A DNA stretch of 35,883 nucleotides from Coriobacteriales bacterium (GTDB lineage: Bacteria; Actinomycetota; Coriobacteriia; Coriobacteriales; UBA8131): NCBI GenBank assembly GCA_031263105.1, contig JAISGJ010000236.1:1-35883 (forward strand). Direction: 5' to 3'. This document shows, one piece after another, positions 9,154-17,195 of this stretch (position 1 is its first letter; the number at the start of each line of letters is the position of its first letter). The translations under genes and the position numbers were made by a program. Under the pieces are notes generated by a model, which worked only from the letters and a program-made list of their open reading frames with translations, was not told the origin of the DNA and made no database searches.

Positions 9154-9350
9154 AAGCTCTGCGGCAATGTCTGGTAAAGCTCTGGTTACCGGACAAATGA
9201 GCAGGCAGACCGGCGAAAATCGATGTTTTGTAACCAAGTTACCAGATCCCTATAGGTATAAGAGCAAAAAAGAGAGAAATAATAATATACATATACGCGT
9301 AACGCTACGTGCGCCTGCGGGCGCGCGCGTTCTATATATGCGCGAAAAAA
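9018..9350. other. Putative replication origin (AT-rich, iteron-like GTAAC/GTTAC repeats)
   Basis: Local drop in GC; about eight GTAAC/GTTAC copies; AGTTACCAGATC at 9046-9057 and 9237-9248; A/T tract about 9250-9295. Confidence 0.5.
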
Positions 9351-9397
9351 CGCCGACGCGCCCGGCGGCGCCCGGCGGCGGGCCCCGGTGACGGCGG

Positions 9398-9667
9398 ATG
9401 GAGAGGGACGTGGAGAAGGTGTTCGTGGCCGAGGGGAGGAGGCGCGGCGCCCTGGTGCTCAAGCTGGCCTCGCCGGGGTGCGCGGGCGTGCCCGACCGGA
9501 TGGTCCTGCTGCCGGGCGGCGTGTGCCGGTTCGTGGAGGTCAAGGCGCCCGGCAGGGGGCCGAGGCCGCTCCAGCGCAGGGTCTTCGGGCGCTTCGCCGC
9601 CCTGGGCCATGCGGTCGACGTTGTGGACAGCGCCGACGCGGCGCGGTCGTGGTGGGAGGGGCTGTGA
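9398..9667 (+). CDS. VRR-NUC domain nuclease
   Basis: ERDVE, GVPDRMVLLPGG, FVEVKAPG, RPLQ. Confidence 0.9.
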   Translation: MERDVEKVFVAEGRRRGALVLKLASPGCAGVPDRMVLLPGGVCRFVEVKAPGRGPRPLQRRVFGRFAALGHAVDVVDSADAARSWWEGL

Positions 9668-11073
9668 GGGCGGCGCTGCACCCGTACCAGGAGCGCTGCG
9701 TGAGGTGGCTCGTGGAGCACGAGGCCGCGGCGCTGCTCCTGGACATGGGGCTCGGCAAGACCCTGGTGACCCTGACCGCGCTCTGCGACCTGCGCCTGCT
9801 GGGCGAGGCGACGGGCAGGATCCTCGTCATAGCGCCCCTGCGCGTGGCGCTGCACGTGTGGCCCGCCGAGATCGACAAGTGGGACCACACGAGGGGCCTG
9901 ACCTACAGCGTCGCGGTCGGCGACGAGCGCGCGCGCAGCGGGGCGCTCGCGGCGGACACCGACGTCTGCATCATAAACCGCGAGAACGTCGCGTGGCTCG
10001 TGGAGCAGTGCCGGGGCAGGAGGTGGCCCTTCGAGACGGTGGTGGTGGACGAGCTGTCCGGCTTCAAGTCGCACCGCTCGAAGCGCTTCAGGGCCCTGCG
10101 CTCGGTGCGCCCCTGGGTGAGGCGCGTCATCGGCCTCACGGGCACGCCCGCCGCCAACGGGCTCATCGACCTGTGGGCCCAGATGTACCTGCTGGACCGG
10201 GGCGAGAGGCTGGGCGGGTCCGTCGGCGGCTACCGCAGCCGGTACTTCCGGCCCGCGCAGCAGTCCGGCCGCGTCGTCTACCGGTGGGCGCCCCGGCGGG
10301 GGGCGGAGGACGCGATACACGCCCGCATCGGCGACGTCGCCGTGTCCATGAGGGCCAAGGACGTCCTCGGGCTGCCGGGCAGGGTGGACAGCGTGGTGGA
10401 GGTCGAGCTCGGCGACGCGGGGCTCAGGGCCTACAGGCGCATGGAGCGCGAGCAGGTGCTGGCGCTCGAGGGGCGCGACGTCACGGCGGCCTCGGCGGCC
10501 GTCGTCGCGGGCAAGCTGCTGCAGATGGCCAACGGGGCGGTCTACGACGACGAGGGCGGCACCGTCGTGCTGCACGGGGCCAAGCTCGACGCCCTGCGCG
10601 AGGTCGTGGAGGGCGCCCAGGGGTCCCCGGTGCTGTGCTACTACGCCTACCGCCACGACCTCGCGCGCCTCCGCGCCGCCTTCCCCGGCGCCGTGCGGAT
10701 AGACGAGGCCGGGGCCATCGACAGGTGGAACAGGGGGGAGGCGCCCCTGATGCTCGCGCACCCGCAGAGCGCCGGGCACGGGCTCAACCTCCAGTACGGC
10801 GGGCACATAGTCGCGTGGTTCGGCCTGACGTGGAGCCTGGAGCTGTACCAGCAGGCCAACGCGCGCCTCGACCGGCAGGGGCAGGCCGGGACCGTGGTGG
10901 TCCACCACATCGTGGCCAAGGGCACGATGGACGAGAGGGTCATGAGGGTGCTTCAGGGCAAGGGCAGCGTCCAGGACGCGCTGCTCGACGCGCTGCGGGC
11001 GGAGAGAGAGGACCCGGGAATGAGCGACATCAGGAGGATCGAGGCGGACGTGCAGGAGGCGACGGGGCCGTGA
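9664..11073 (+). CDS. SNF2-family helicase
   Basis: LHPYQ, LDMGLGKT, VVDELS, GLTGTP, SAGHGLNLQ, QANARLDRQGQ; GTG start overlapping the VRR-NUC stop. Confidence 0.93.
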   Translation: MRAALHPYQERCVRWLVEHEAAALLLDMGLGKTLVTLTALCDLRLLGEATGRILVIAPLRVALHVWPAEIDKWDHTRGLTYSVAVGDERARSGALAADTDVCIINRENVAWLVEQCRGRRWPFETVVVDELSGFKSHRSKRFRALRSVRPWVRRVIGLTGTPAANGLIDLWAQMYLLDRGERLGGSVGGYRSRYFRPAQQSGRVVYRWAPRRGAEDAIHARIGDVAVSMRAKDVLGLPGRVDSVVEVELGDAGLRAYRRMEREQVLALEGRDVTAASAAVVAGKLLQMANGAVYDDEGGTVVLHGAKLDALREVVEGAQGSPVLCYYAYRHDLARLRAAFPGAVRIDEAGAIDRWNRGEAPLMLAHPQSAGHGLNLQYGGHIVAWFGLTWSLELYQQANARLDRQGQAGTVVVHHIVAKGTMDERVMRVLQGKGSVQDALLDALRAEREDPGMSDIRRIEADVQEATGP

Positions 11074-11713
11074 GGCGAGAGGAGGCAGCAATGACCGAGG
11101 AGGCCGCCCACGCGATCGAGGACGGGAAGTACGCCGCCGCCCCAGCGGCGCTCGGGGACGGCAGCGAGGCGAGGCCGGGCGTCGTGACCGCGCCCGTGCT
11201 GGACGCCTGCTGCGGCTCCCGCACCATGTGGTTCCCCGGCTACAGGGACAGCCCCCTCGTCGAGTTCTGCGACGTGCGCGACGAGGCGCTCTTCTTCAGG
11301 GAGCGCGGGCGCGACCGCGTCGTGGAGGTGCGCCCCGACACCGTGGCCGACTTCGCCGACCTGCCGTTCCCCGACGGGTCGTTCGCGCTGGCCGTCATGG
11401 ACCCGCCGCACCTTCTGCGGGCGGGGAGCGGCGCCTTCAGGGCCAAGTACGGCGAGCTCGGCGAGGGCTGGGAGGGCGACGTCAGGCGCGGCGTCTCCGA
11501 GTGCATGAGGGTGCTCAGGCACGAGGGCGTGCTCGTCTTCAAGTGGAGCGAGGCCCAGGTGCCGCTGTCGCGCGTGCTCGCCGCCCTCGAGTGGGAGCCG
11601 CTGTTCGGGCACACGACGACCAAGCGGGGCACTCACTGGATGTGCTTCGTGAAGGGCGTCTCCCGGCGGCGCGGGCACGCGCAGGAGGCGACGGGGCCGT
11701 GAGGCGAGAGGAG
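11052..11713 (+). repeat. 33-bp exact direct repeat (11052-11084 and 11681-11713) flanking the methyltransferase gene
   Basis: GCAGGAGGCGACGGGGCCGTGAGGCGAGAGGAG occurs twice; SNF2 and the MTase both end in QEATGP. Confidence 0.9.
11091..11702 (+). CDS. SAM-dependent methyltransferase, probably an amino (N6-A/N4-C) DNA MTase
   Basis: VLDACCGSRTMWF SAM motif, DPPH motif, GVLVFKWSE; GAGGAGG RBS. Confidence 0.8.
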   Translation: MTEEAAHAIEDGKYAAAPAALGDGSEARPGVVTAPVLDACCGSRTMWFPGYRDSPLVEFCDVRDEALFFRERGRDRVVEVRPDTVADFADLPFPDGSFALAVMDPPHLLRAGSGAFRAKYGELGEGWEGDVRRGVSECMRVLRHEGVLVFKWSEAQVPLSRVLAALEWEPLFGHTTTKRGTHWMCFVKGVSRRRGHAQEATGP

Positions 11714-11719
11714 AGTGAC

Positions 11720-11893
11720 ATGACGGGACGCATCGACAGGGACGCGCCGCCGCGGCGGCTCGACGAGACCGCAGACGACGCGGAGGACGACGCCTTCGTG
11801 CCCGCGTTCGGGGCGACCTGCACCGGGGTCGGCGTGTGCTCCGGGGAGATGTGGGAGGACGACGGAGAGAGGAGAGGCGACGATGCTGCATGA
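11720..11893 (+). CDS. Small acidic hypothetical protein
   Basis: GAGGAG RBS supplied by the repeat; fills the gap between the MTase and DUF3850-like genes. Confidence 0.5.
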   Translation: MTGRIDRDAPPRRLDETADDAEDDAFVPAFGATCTGVGVCSGEMWEDDGERRGDDAA

Positions 11894-12176
11894 GCTCAGG
11901 ACCGCCAAGAGGTTCTTCGACCTGACGTGGGCGGGGTTCAAGACCGACGAGGTGCGCTGGGACGACCGCGACTACCGCCCGGGCGACCGCGTGAGGATGT
12001 CCCGCGACGGCTACCTGTGGGGACCCGTGATCGAGGCCGAGGTGGCGTCCGTGACGCAGCTGGACGACGTCGGGTGCCCGCCCGGATGGGTGCTGCTCGG
12101 CCTGCGCATCGTCAAGCGCGACGACAGGGGGATTCCGCTCGTGCCGTTCATGGACGAGGATAGGAGACCGCAATGA
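11883..12176 (+). CDS. DUF3850 / ASCH-like (PUA fold) protein
   Basis: HELRTAKRFF..GFKTDEVRWDDRDYRPGD...GWVLLGL. Confidence 0.75.
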   Translation: MLHELRTAKRFFDLTWAGFKTDEVRWDDRDYRPGDRVRMSRDGYLWGPVIEAEVASVTQLDDVGCPPGWVLLGLRIVKRDDRGIPLVPFMDEDRRPQ

Positions 12177-12559
12177 CCGAGGAGACGACGAGAGAGGAGA
12201 CAGCGATGACCGAGGAGGCCGCCAAGCGGGCGTTCCTGTCGTTCCCCATGCGGGGCAAGACCTACGACGAGGTGCGCCGCGAGTGGGGGGCGTGGGCGGA
12301 TTGGGTCAGGGAGACATGGGGCTACGAGGCCGTCGACAGCACCTGCACGGAGTTCGGCGACAACGCCGACCACAGGGCGCTGTACTACCTCGGCCACTCG
12401 CTGCAGAGGATGGACGAGGCCGACGTGGCCGTGTTCCTCGGCGGGTGGGAGTCCGCCGACGGCTGCCGCGTCGAGCACATGGCGGCGCTGCTGTACGGGG
12501 TGCCGACGCGGTACGGGCCGACGGAGCGGGACGGCGAAGAGACGGAGGGGGAGGGATGA
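12173..12559 (+). CDS. DUF4406 / nucleoside 2-deoxyribosyltransferase-like protein
   Basis: AFLSFPMRG, MDEADVAVFLGGWESADGCRVEH; alternative start at 12206. Confidence 0.75.
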   Translation: MTEETTREETAMTEEAAKRAFLSFPMRGKTYDEVRREWGAWADWVRETWGYEAVDSTCTEFGDNADHRALYYLGHSLQRMDEADVAVFLGGWESADGCRVEHMAALLYGVPTRYGPTERDGEETEGEG

Positions 12560-12801
12560 CGCGCAACACGCTGGGCGACCTCAACAACCACCTGTTCGAG
12601 GCGCTGGAGAGGATCAACGACGAGTCGCTGGAGGGCGCGGCGCTCGACGCCGAGATACGGCGCGCGCAGTCGGTCGCCGGGATATCGGCGCAGATCATCA
12701 AGTCCGGCCGCCTCGCCCTGGCGGCGCTCAGGGCCAAGGACGAGGCGTGCGACGCGGGCATGGCGCTCCCGCCGATGCTCAAGGCGGGCGACGGCAGGTG
12801 A
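12556..12801 (+). CDS. Conserved phage protein usually found upstream of an HNH gene
   Basis: NTLGDLNNHLFEALERIND...EIRRA...QII...LP.ML; ATGA overlap. Confidence 0.75.
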   Translation: MTRNTLGDLNNHLFEALERINDESLEGAALDAEIRRAQSVAGISAQIIKSGRLALAALRAKDEACDAGMALPPMLKAGDGR

Positions 12802-13352
12802 GGCACCGGTGGACCGACGAGGAGCGCGGGTTCCTGCGCGGGGCCATCCCCGGGCGCTGGCGGGCCGAGGTCTGCGCCGCCTTCGAGGAGAGGTTCGGGA
12901 GGCCGGTGACGCAGGCGCAGGTAAAGGAGTTCGCCTCCTGCCACCGCGTCCTGTCCGGCGTGAGGGGGACGCCCCCCGGCAGCCCTTCGGAGCGGACGCG
13001 CTTCGGGCCCGGGCACGTCCCGCACAACCGGCGGCCCATCGGCTCCGAGGAGTGGAGGCTGGGATACCTGTGGCGCAAGGTGGCGGAGACGAGGCCCTCC
13101 CGCCTCGGGTGGGCCCCGGTGCACCGCCTCGTGTGGGAGGAGGCCCACGGCCCCGTCCCGCAGGGCTGCGAGGTCGCGTTCTGCGACGGCGACCGGACGC
13201 GCATCGAGCCGGGCAACCTCATGCTCATCACCGGGGCCGAGCACGCAGTGATGGCAAGACGGGGGCTGTTCGGCGCCGGGGAGGCCGGCAGGGCGTGCGC
13301 GGACCTTGCGATCGCCGCGAGCAGGCGGCGGCGGGAGGCGGGGGGCCGGTGA
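12798..13352 (+). CDS. HNH endonuclease-family protein
   Basis: WTDEERGFL, RFGPGHVPHNRRPIGSE, HRLVWEEAHGPVP..FCDGD...NL. Confidence 0.8.
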   Translation: MRHRWTDEERGFLRGAIPGRWRAEVCAAFEERFGRPVTQAQVKEFASCHRVLSGVRGTPPGSPSERTRFGPGHVPHNRRPIGSEEWRLGYLWRKVAETRPSRLGWAPVHRLVWEEAHGPVPQGCEVAFCDGDRTRIEPGNLMLITGAEHAVMARRGLFGAGEAGRACADLAIAASRRRREAGGR

Positions 13353-13792
13353 GGGCGGCGAGGGACGTCCTTGCGGAGTACCGCGCGGCGAAGGACAGGC
13401 TCAGGGCGAAGCAGGACGCGATCGAGGGCCTGATATGCGAGCTCACCCGCACGTCGGCCAGGCTCGGCGAGGTCGGGCTGCGGCAGGGGGCGGGCAGGGA
13501 CAGGATCGGGAGGATCGTCGCCGACATGGAGGACGCCTACGCGGAGGTCGTCGGCGCCGGGGCCGCCGCCGCCGAGGGGCTGGAGTGCGCCCTGAGGCTG
13601 ATAGAGCGGGCCCCGACCGAGCGCCAGCGCCTGCTCCTGACCCTCCGCTACGTGAAGGGGCTCACGTGGGAGGGCGCGGCGCGGGAGGCCGGCGTGAGCA
13701 GGCGGCACGCGCTGAGGGCGACGGACGACGCGCTGGGCGTGCTCGACGCCCATCTGGCGGGGCTCGACGGCAGGTACTCGGCGGAGCCGTGA
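13349..13792 (+). CDS. RinA/ArpU-like late transcription activator
   Basis: Last early gene before terS; C-terminal sigma region 4-like HTH RLLLTLRYVKGLTWEGAAREAGVSRRHA. Confidence 0.75.
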   Translation: MRAARDVLAEYRAAKDRLRAKQDAIEGLICELTRTSARLGEVGLRQGAGRDRIGRIVADMEDAYAEVVGAGAAAAEGLECALRLIERAPTERQRLLLTLRYVKGLTWEGAAREAGVSRRHALRATDDALGVLDAHLAGLDGRYSAEP

Positions 13793-13823
13793 GGGCGGGG
13801 GAGGCTCCTCGGGTTTTTTCGGG

Positions 13824-13858
13824 AATGTCACCAAATGTCACCAGAAATGTGGTATTCT
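13824..13858 (+). promoter_or_regulatory. Putative activator-dependent late promoter
   Basis: Tandem AATGTCACCA x2 (13824-13843) in place of a -35; extended -10 TGgTATTCT (13850-13858). Confidence 0.65.
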
Positions 13859-13887
13859 GGCAGCCTGAAGAAGTGTCGAAGAATCCG

Positions 13888-13916
13888 GAAGCCCCCTCGC
13901 GGGGCTTTCTTCGTTT
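13888..13916 (+). terminator. Terminator-like hairpin in the late leader
   Basis: AAGCCCC-ctcgc-GGGGCTT followed by TCTTCGTTT. Confidence 0.45.
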
Positions 13917-13928
13917 GGGGGCGACGCC

Positions 13929-14351
13929 ATGCTCACCGAGAAGCAGCGGGCCTTCTGCGAGCACTACGTGGCGTCCCTGAACGCGACCGACGCGGCCCGC
14001 AGGGCCGGGTACAGGAAGCCCTCCGAGCAGGGGTACGAGAACCTCAGAAAACCTCAGATCCAGAAGCACATCGACGAGGTGCTCGGGGCGCTGTCCGCCG
14101 AGCGCGTGGCGACCGCGCAGGAGGTGCTCGAGTACCTGACCTCCGTCGCGCGCGGCGAGGAGGCCGAGGAGGTCGTCTCGGTCACCGACGCGGGCGTCGC
14201 GCGGTGCGAGAGGCGGGTCGCGACGCGCGACCGCATCAGGGCCGCCGAGCTGCTGGGCAGACGCCACGCGCTCTTCACCGACCGCTCCCTCGTCGAGGCC
14301 AGGGTGGACCCCACGGGCCTACTCGACGAGATCGCCCGGCAGATTGGATAG
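13929..14351 (+). CDS. terS: Terminase small subunit
   Basis: LTEKQRAFCEHY..NATDAARRAGY..ENLRKPQI; EVLEYLTSVARGE; RIRAAELLGR. Confidence 0.93.
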   Translation: MLTEKQRAFCEHYVASLNATDAARRAGYRKPSEQGYENLRKPQIQKHIDEVLGALSAERVATAQEVLEYLTSVARGEEAEEVVSVTDAGVARCERRVATRDRIRAAELLGRRHALFTDRSLVEARVDPTGLLDEIARQIG

Positions 14352-15720
14352 CCTGCGCTTCCCGCTCTCCGAGAAGTACCGCGACTTCCTGCGCCACGAG
14401 GCCCCCGTCGAGTTCATGGAGGGCTCCACGGCGTCGGGCAAGACGACGGTGGGGGCGGTCAAGTTTCTGCTGAAGGCCCACGCGTCGCCCAGGCGCCAGC
14501 ACCTCATCGCGGGAGTCGACCTCGGCACCATCGAGCGCAACGTCATCAACCGCGACATGGGCGTGCTCGACGTGTTCGGCGACGCGCTGGCCTACCACCC
14601 GTCGGGGCACGCGGGCACGACGCTCCCGCACCTCACGCTCGGGGACAACACCGTCTACCTCTTCGGGTACGCCGACCGGGCGCGGTGGAAGAAGGCGCTC
14701 GGCGGCCAGTACGGCTGCGCCTACATCGACGAGATCAACGTCGCCGACACGGCGTTCCTCCACGAGGTCTTCATGCGCAGCGACTACGTGCTCGCGAGCC
14801 TCAACCCCGACAGCCCGGGCCTGCCGGTCTACGGGGAGTACATCAACCACTCCAGGCCCGTGCCCAAGTACGCCGACGACGCGCCGGCGGAGCTGCTCCG
14901 GATGCTCGACCGCCCCGCGAAGCCGGGCTGGACGTGGTGGTACTTCTCGTTCAGGCACAACGCGGCGCTCTCGGACGAGAAGCGCGAGCGGATCATCGCC
15001 AACACGCCGGTCGGCACCAAGGAGCACAAGAACAAGGTGCTGGGGCTCAGGGGCAGGGCGACCGGGCTGGTGTTCCCCAACTTCGACCGCGCCCGGCACG
15101 TGGTGAGGGCCGCATGGGTGCGCGAGGAGGTCAGGCAGAAGCGGATCGTGTGGAGGCAGTTCAGCTGCGGCGTGGACACGGCGTACTCGTCGCGCTCCAA
15201 GGACACCATCGCGCTGACCTACTGGGGCGTCGCGACCGACGGGCGGGCCCTCCTGCTCGACGAGCGCGTGTACGACAACGCAGGGCTGGCCGTTCCGCTC
15301 GCCCCCTCCGACACCGTCGTGAACATCGTCGCGTTCATGGAGCGCAACGCGAAGGCGTGGGGCTTCACGCGCCACGTGTGGGTGGACAGCGCGGACCAGG
15401 CCACGCTGACCGAGGCGAGGAAGTACAACCGGACGCACCCGCCCGTCTGCACGTTCAACCCGGCCTGGAAGAGGACGCCCGTCATCGACCGCATCAACCT
15501 CCAGCTCGGGTGGCTGCACCACGGGCGGATGCTCGTCACGGACGCCTGCCCGGCCTACGTCGCCGAGATGGAGTCCTACAGCTGGGACGAGCGGAAGGAC
15601 AGCACGCCGGAGGACGGCAACGACCACTGCGTGAACTCAGGGCAGTACGCATGGCTGCCCTACAGGCACCTGATAGGGGCGGCGGAGCCCGAGGAAGAGG
15701 ACAGGAGGAAGGGCACATGA
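14344..15720 (+). CDS. terL: Terminase large subunit
   Basis: EGSTASGKT Walker A, YIDEIN Walker B, SLNPD, CGVDTAYS, PEDGNDH nuclease motifs. Confidence 0.93.
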   Translation: MDSLRFPLSEKYRDFLRHEAPVEFMEGSTASGKTTVGAVKFLLKAHASPRRQHLIAGVDLGTIERNVINRDMGVLDVFGDALAYHPSGHAGTTLPHLTLGDNTVYLFGYADRARWKKALGGQYGCAYIDEINVADTAFLHEVFMRSDYVLASLNPDSPGLPVYGEYINHSRPVPKYADDAPAELLRMLDRPAKPGWTWWYFSFRHNAALSDEKRERIIANTPVGTKEHKNKVLGLRGRATGLVFPNFDRARHVVRAAWVREEVRQKRIVWRQFSCGVDTAYSSRSKDTIALTYWGVATDGRALLLDERVYDNAGLAVPLAPSDTVVNIVAFMERNAKAWGFTRHVWVDSADQATLTEARKYNRTHPPVCTFNPAWKRTPVIDRINLQLGWLHHGRMLVTDACPAYVAEMESYSWDERKDSTPEDGNDHCVNSGQYAWLPYRHLIGAAEPEEEDRRKGT

Positions 15721-17195
15721 GCCTCATGGACGCCGTGCGCGAGGGCGCGCGGGACTGGCTGCGCATCAGGGACGCCGAGCCCTTCCGGGCCGAGATACGG
15801 CAGCTCCTGACCTACGAGGGCAACGCCTTCAAGAACCGCATGTGGTACCGGGGCGACGCCTACGAGCTCGACCAGTTCTTCAAGGCCTACGCCGGGCACA
15901 CCCGCTCGTTCTGGGGCTCCGTCCCGAGCAGGGGCCTCGAGATGCGCAAGCTGCACTCGGGGCTGCCGCAGCTCGTCGTGGACACCCTGACCAACATCAC
16001 GCTCGCCGACCTCAACGGCGTCGCCGTCACGCAGGGCGGGGAGCCGTCGGGGCGGCTGCAGGGCGTCTGGGACGGCGTCGCCGGCGGGGCCGAGGCCGAG
16101 AGGCTCTTCCAGCGGGCGACGCGCGAGGCCCTGATAGTCGGCGACGGCGCCTTCCGCATGACGCTGGACGGCGCGGACGTGCGCCCGCGCATCGGGTTCG
16201 TCGGCGGCGAGCGCGTCGGGTACACGACGGACAGGGGCCGGGTGTCCGAGGTGGTGTTCAGGACGGCCTACCGGAAGCGGGACGAGACCTACACCCTGTG
16301 GGAGGCCTACGGGCACGGCTACGTGACGTACCGGCTGACCAGGCGGGGCAAGGAGGTGCCGCTCTCGGAGCTGCCCCAGACGGCGGGGCTCGCGGACGTG
16401 CGCTTCGACGACGCGCTCATGATGGCGGTGCCGTTCCGGGTGTTCGAGAGCGAGCGCCACCCGGGGCGCGGGCAGTCGGTCTACGAGGGCAAGTCCGACG
16501 CCTTCGACGCCCTCGACGAGTGTCTGAGCCAGTGGGTGGACGCCCTGCGGGCGGGCCGCACCAAGACCTACATCCCGGAGAGCCTCGTGCCGAGGGACCC
16601 GAGGAACGGCTCGCTGATGAGGCCCAACCCCTTCGACAACCGCTTCGTCACCGTCGGGGACGACACGCACGAGACGGGCGCCAACAGGATCGACGTACAG
16701 CAGCCCGCGATCCCGTCCGACAGCTACGTGGAGACCTACACGACCTTCCTCGACCTGTGCCTCCAGGGGCGGGTCAGCCCCTCGACGCTGGGCATCGACG
16801 TCAAGAAGCTCGACAACGCCGAGGCGCAGCGCGAGAAGGAGAAGGCAACGCTGTACACGCGCCAGTCGATCGTGGGCGCCCTCCAGGGCGTCATCCCGCA
16901 GGTCGTGCGCTGCGCCGTCAACACCTGCCGCGTGCTGCGCCGCCAGGCGCCGGTCGACGCGGGGGCCGAGGTCGGCTTCGGCGGGTACGCCAACCCCTCG
17001 TTCGAGGCGCAGGTCGAGACGCTGTCCAACCCCAACGCCCCCATGAGCGTCGAGGCGCGCGTGGAGGAGCTCTGGGGCGACACGAAGGACGCGGCGTGGA
17101 AGGCCGAGGAGGTGGCCCGCGTCAAGGAGCAGCAGGGCATCGGGCGGGCGAGGGAGCCGGACATGGGCTTCGGCGGCGCCGATGCCGGCGTATGA
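15717..17195 (+). CDS. Portal protein
   Basis: Follows terL with ATGA overlap; about 490 aa; FDALDECLSQW, SPSTLGID, EAQREKEKATLYTR. Confidence 0.85.
   Translation: MSLMDAVREGARDWLRIRDAEPFRAEIRQLLTYEGNAFKNRMWYRGDAYELDQFFKAYAGHTRSFWGSVPSRGLEMRKLHSGLPQLVVDTLTNITLADLNGVAVTQGGEPSGRLQGVWDGVAGGAEAERLFQRATREALIVGDGAFRMTLDGADVRPRIGFVGGERVGYTTDRGRVSEVVFRTAYRKRDETYTLWEAYGHGYVTYRLTRRGKEVPLSELPQTAGLADVRFDDALMMAVPFRVFESERHPGRGQSVYEGKSDAFDALDECLSQWVDALRAGRTKTYIPESLVPRDPRNGSLMRPNPFDNRFVTVGDDTHETGANRIDVQQPAIPSDSYVETYTTFLDLCLQGRVSPSTLGIDVKKLDNAEAQREKEKATLYTRQSIVGALQGVIPQVVRCAVNTCRVLRRQAPVDAGAEVGFGGYANPSFEAQVETLSNPNAPMSVEARVEELWGDTKDAAWKAEEVARVKEQQGIGRAREPDMGFGGADAGV

Noticed and set aside
9137..9391. 84-aa ORF after the primase
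   Set aside because: Atypical composition over an AT-rich repeat region; more likely non-coding, though not excluded.
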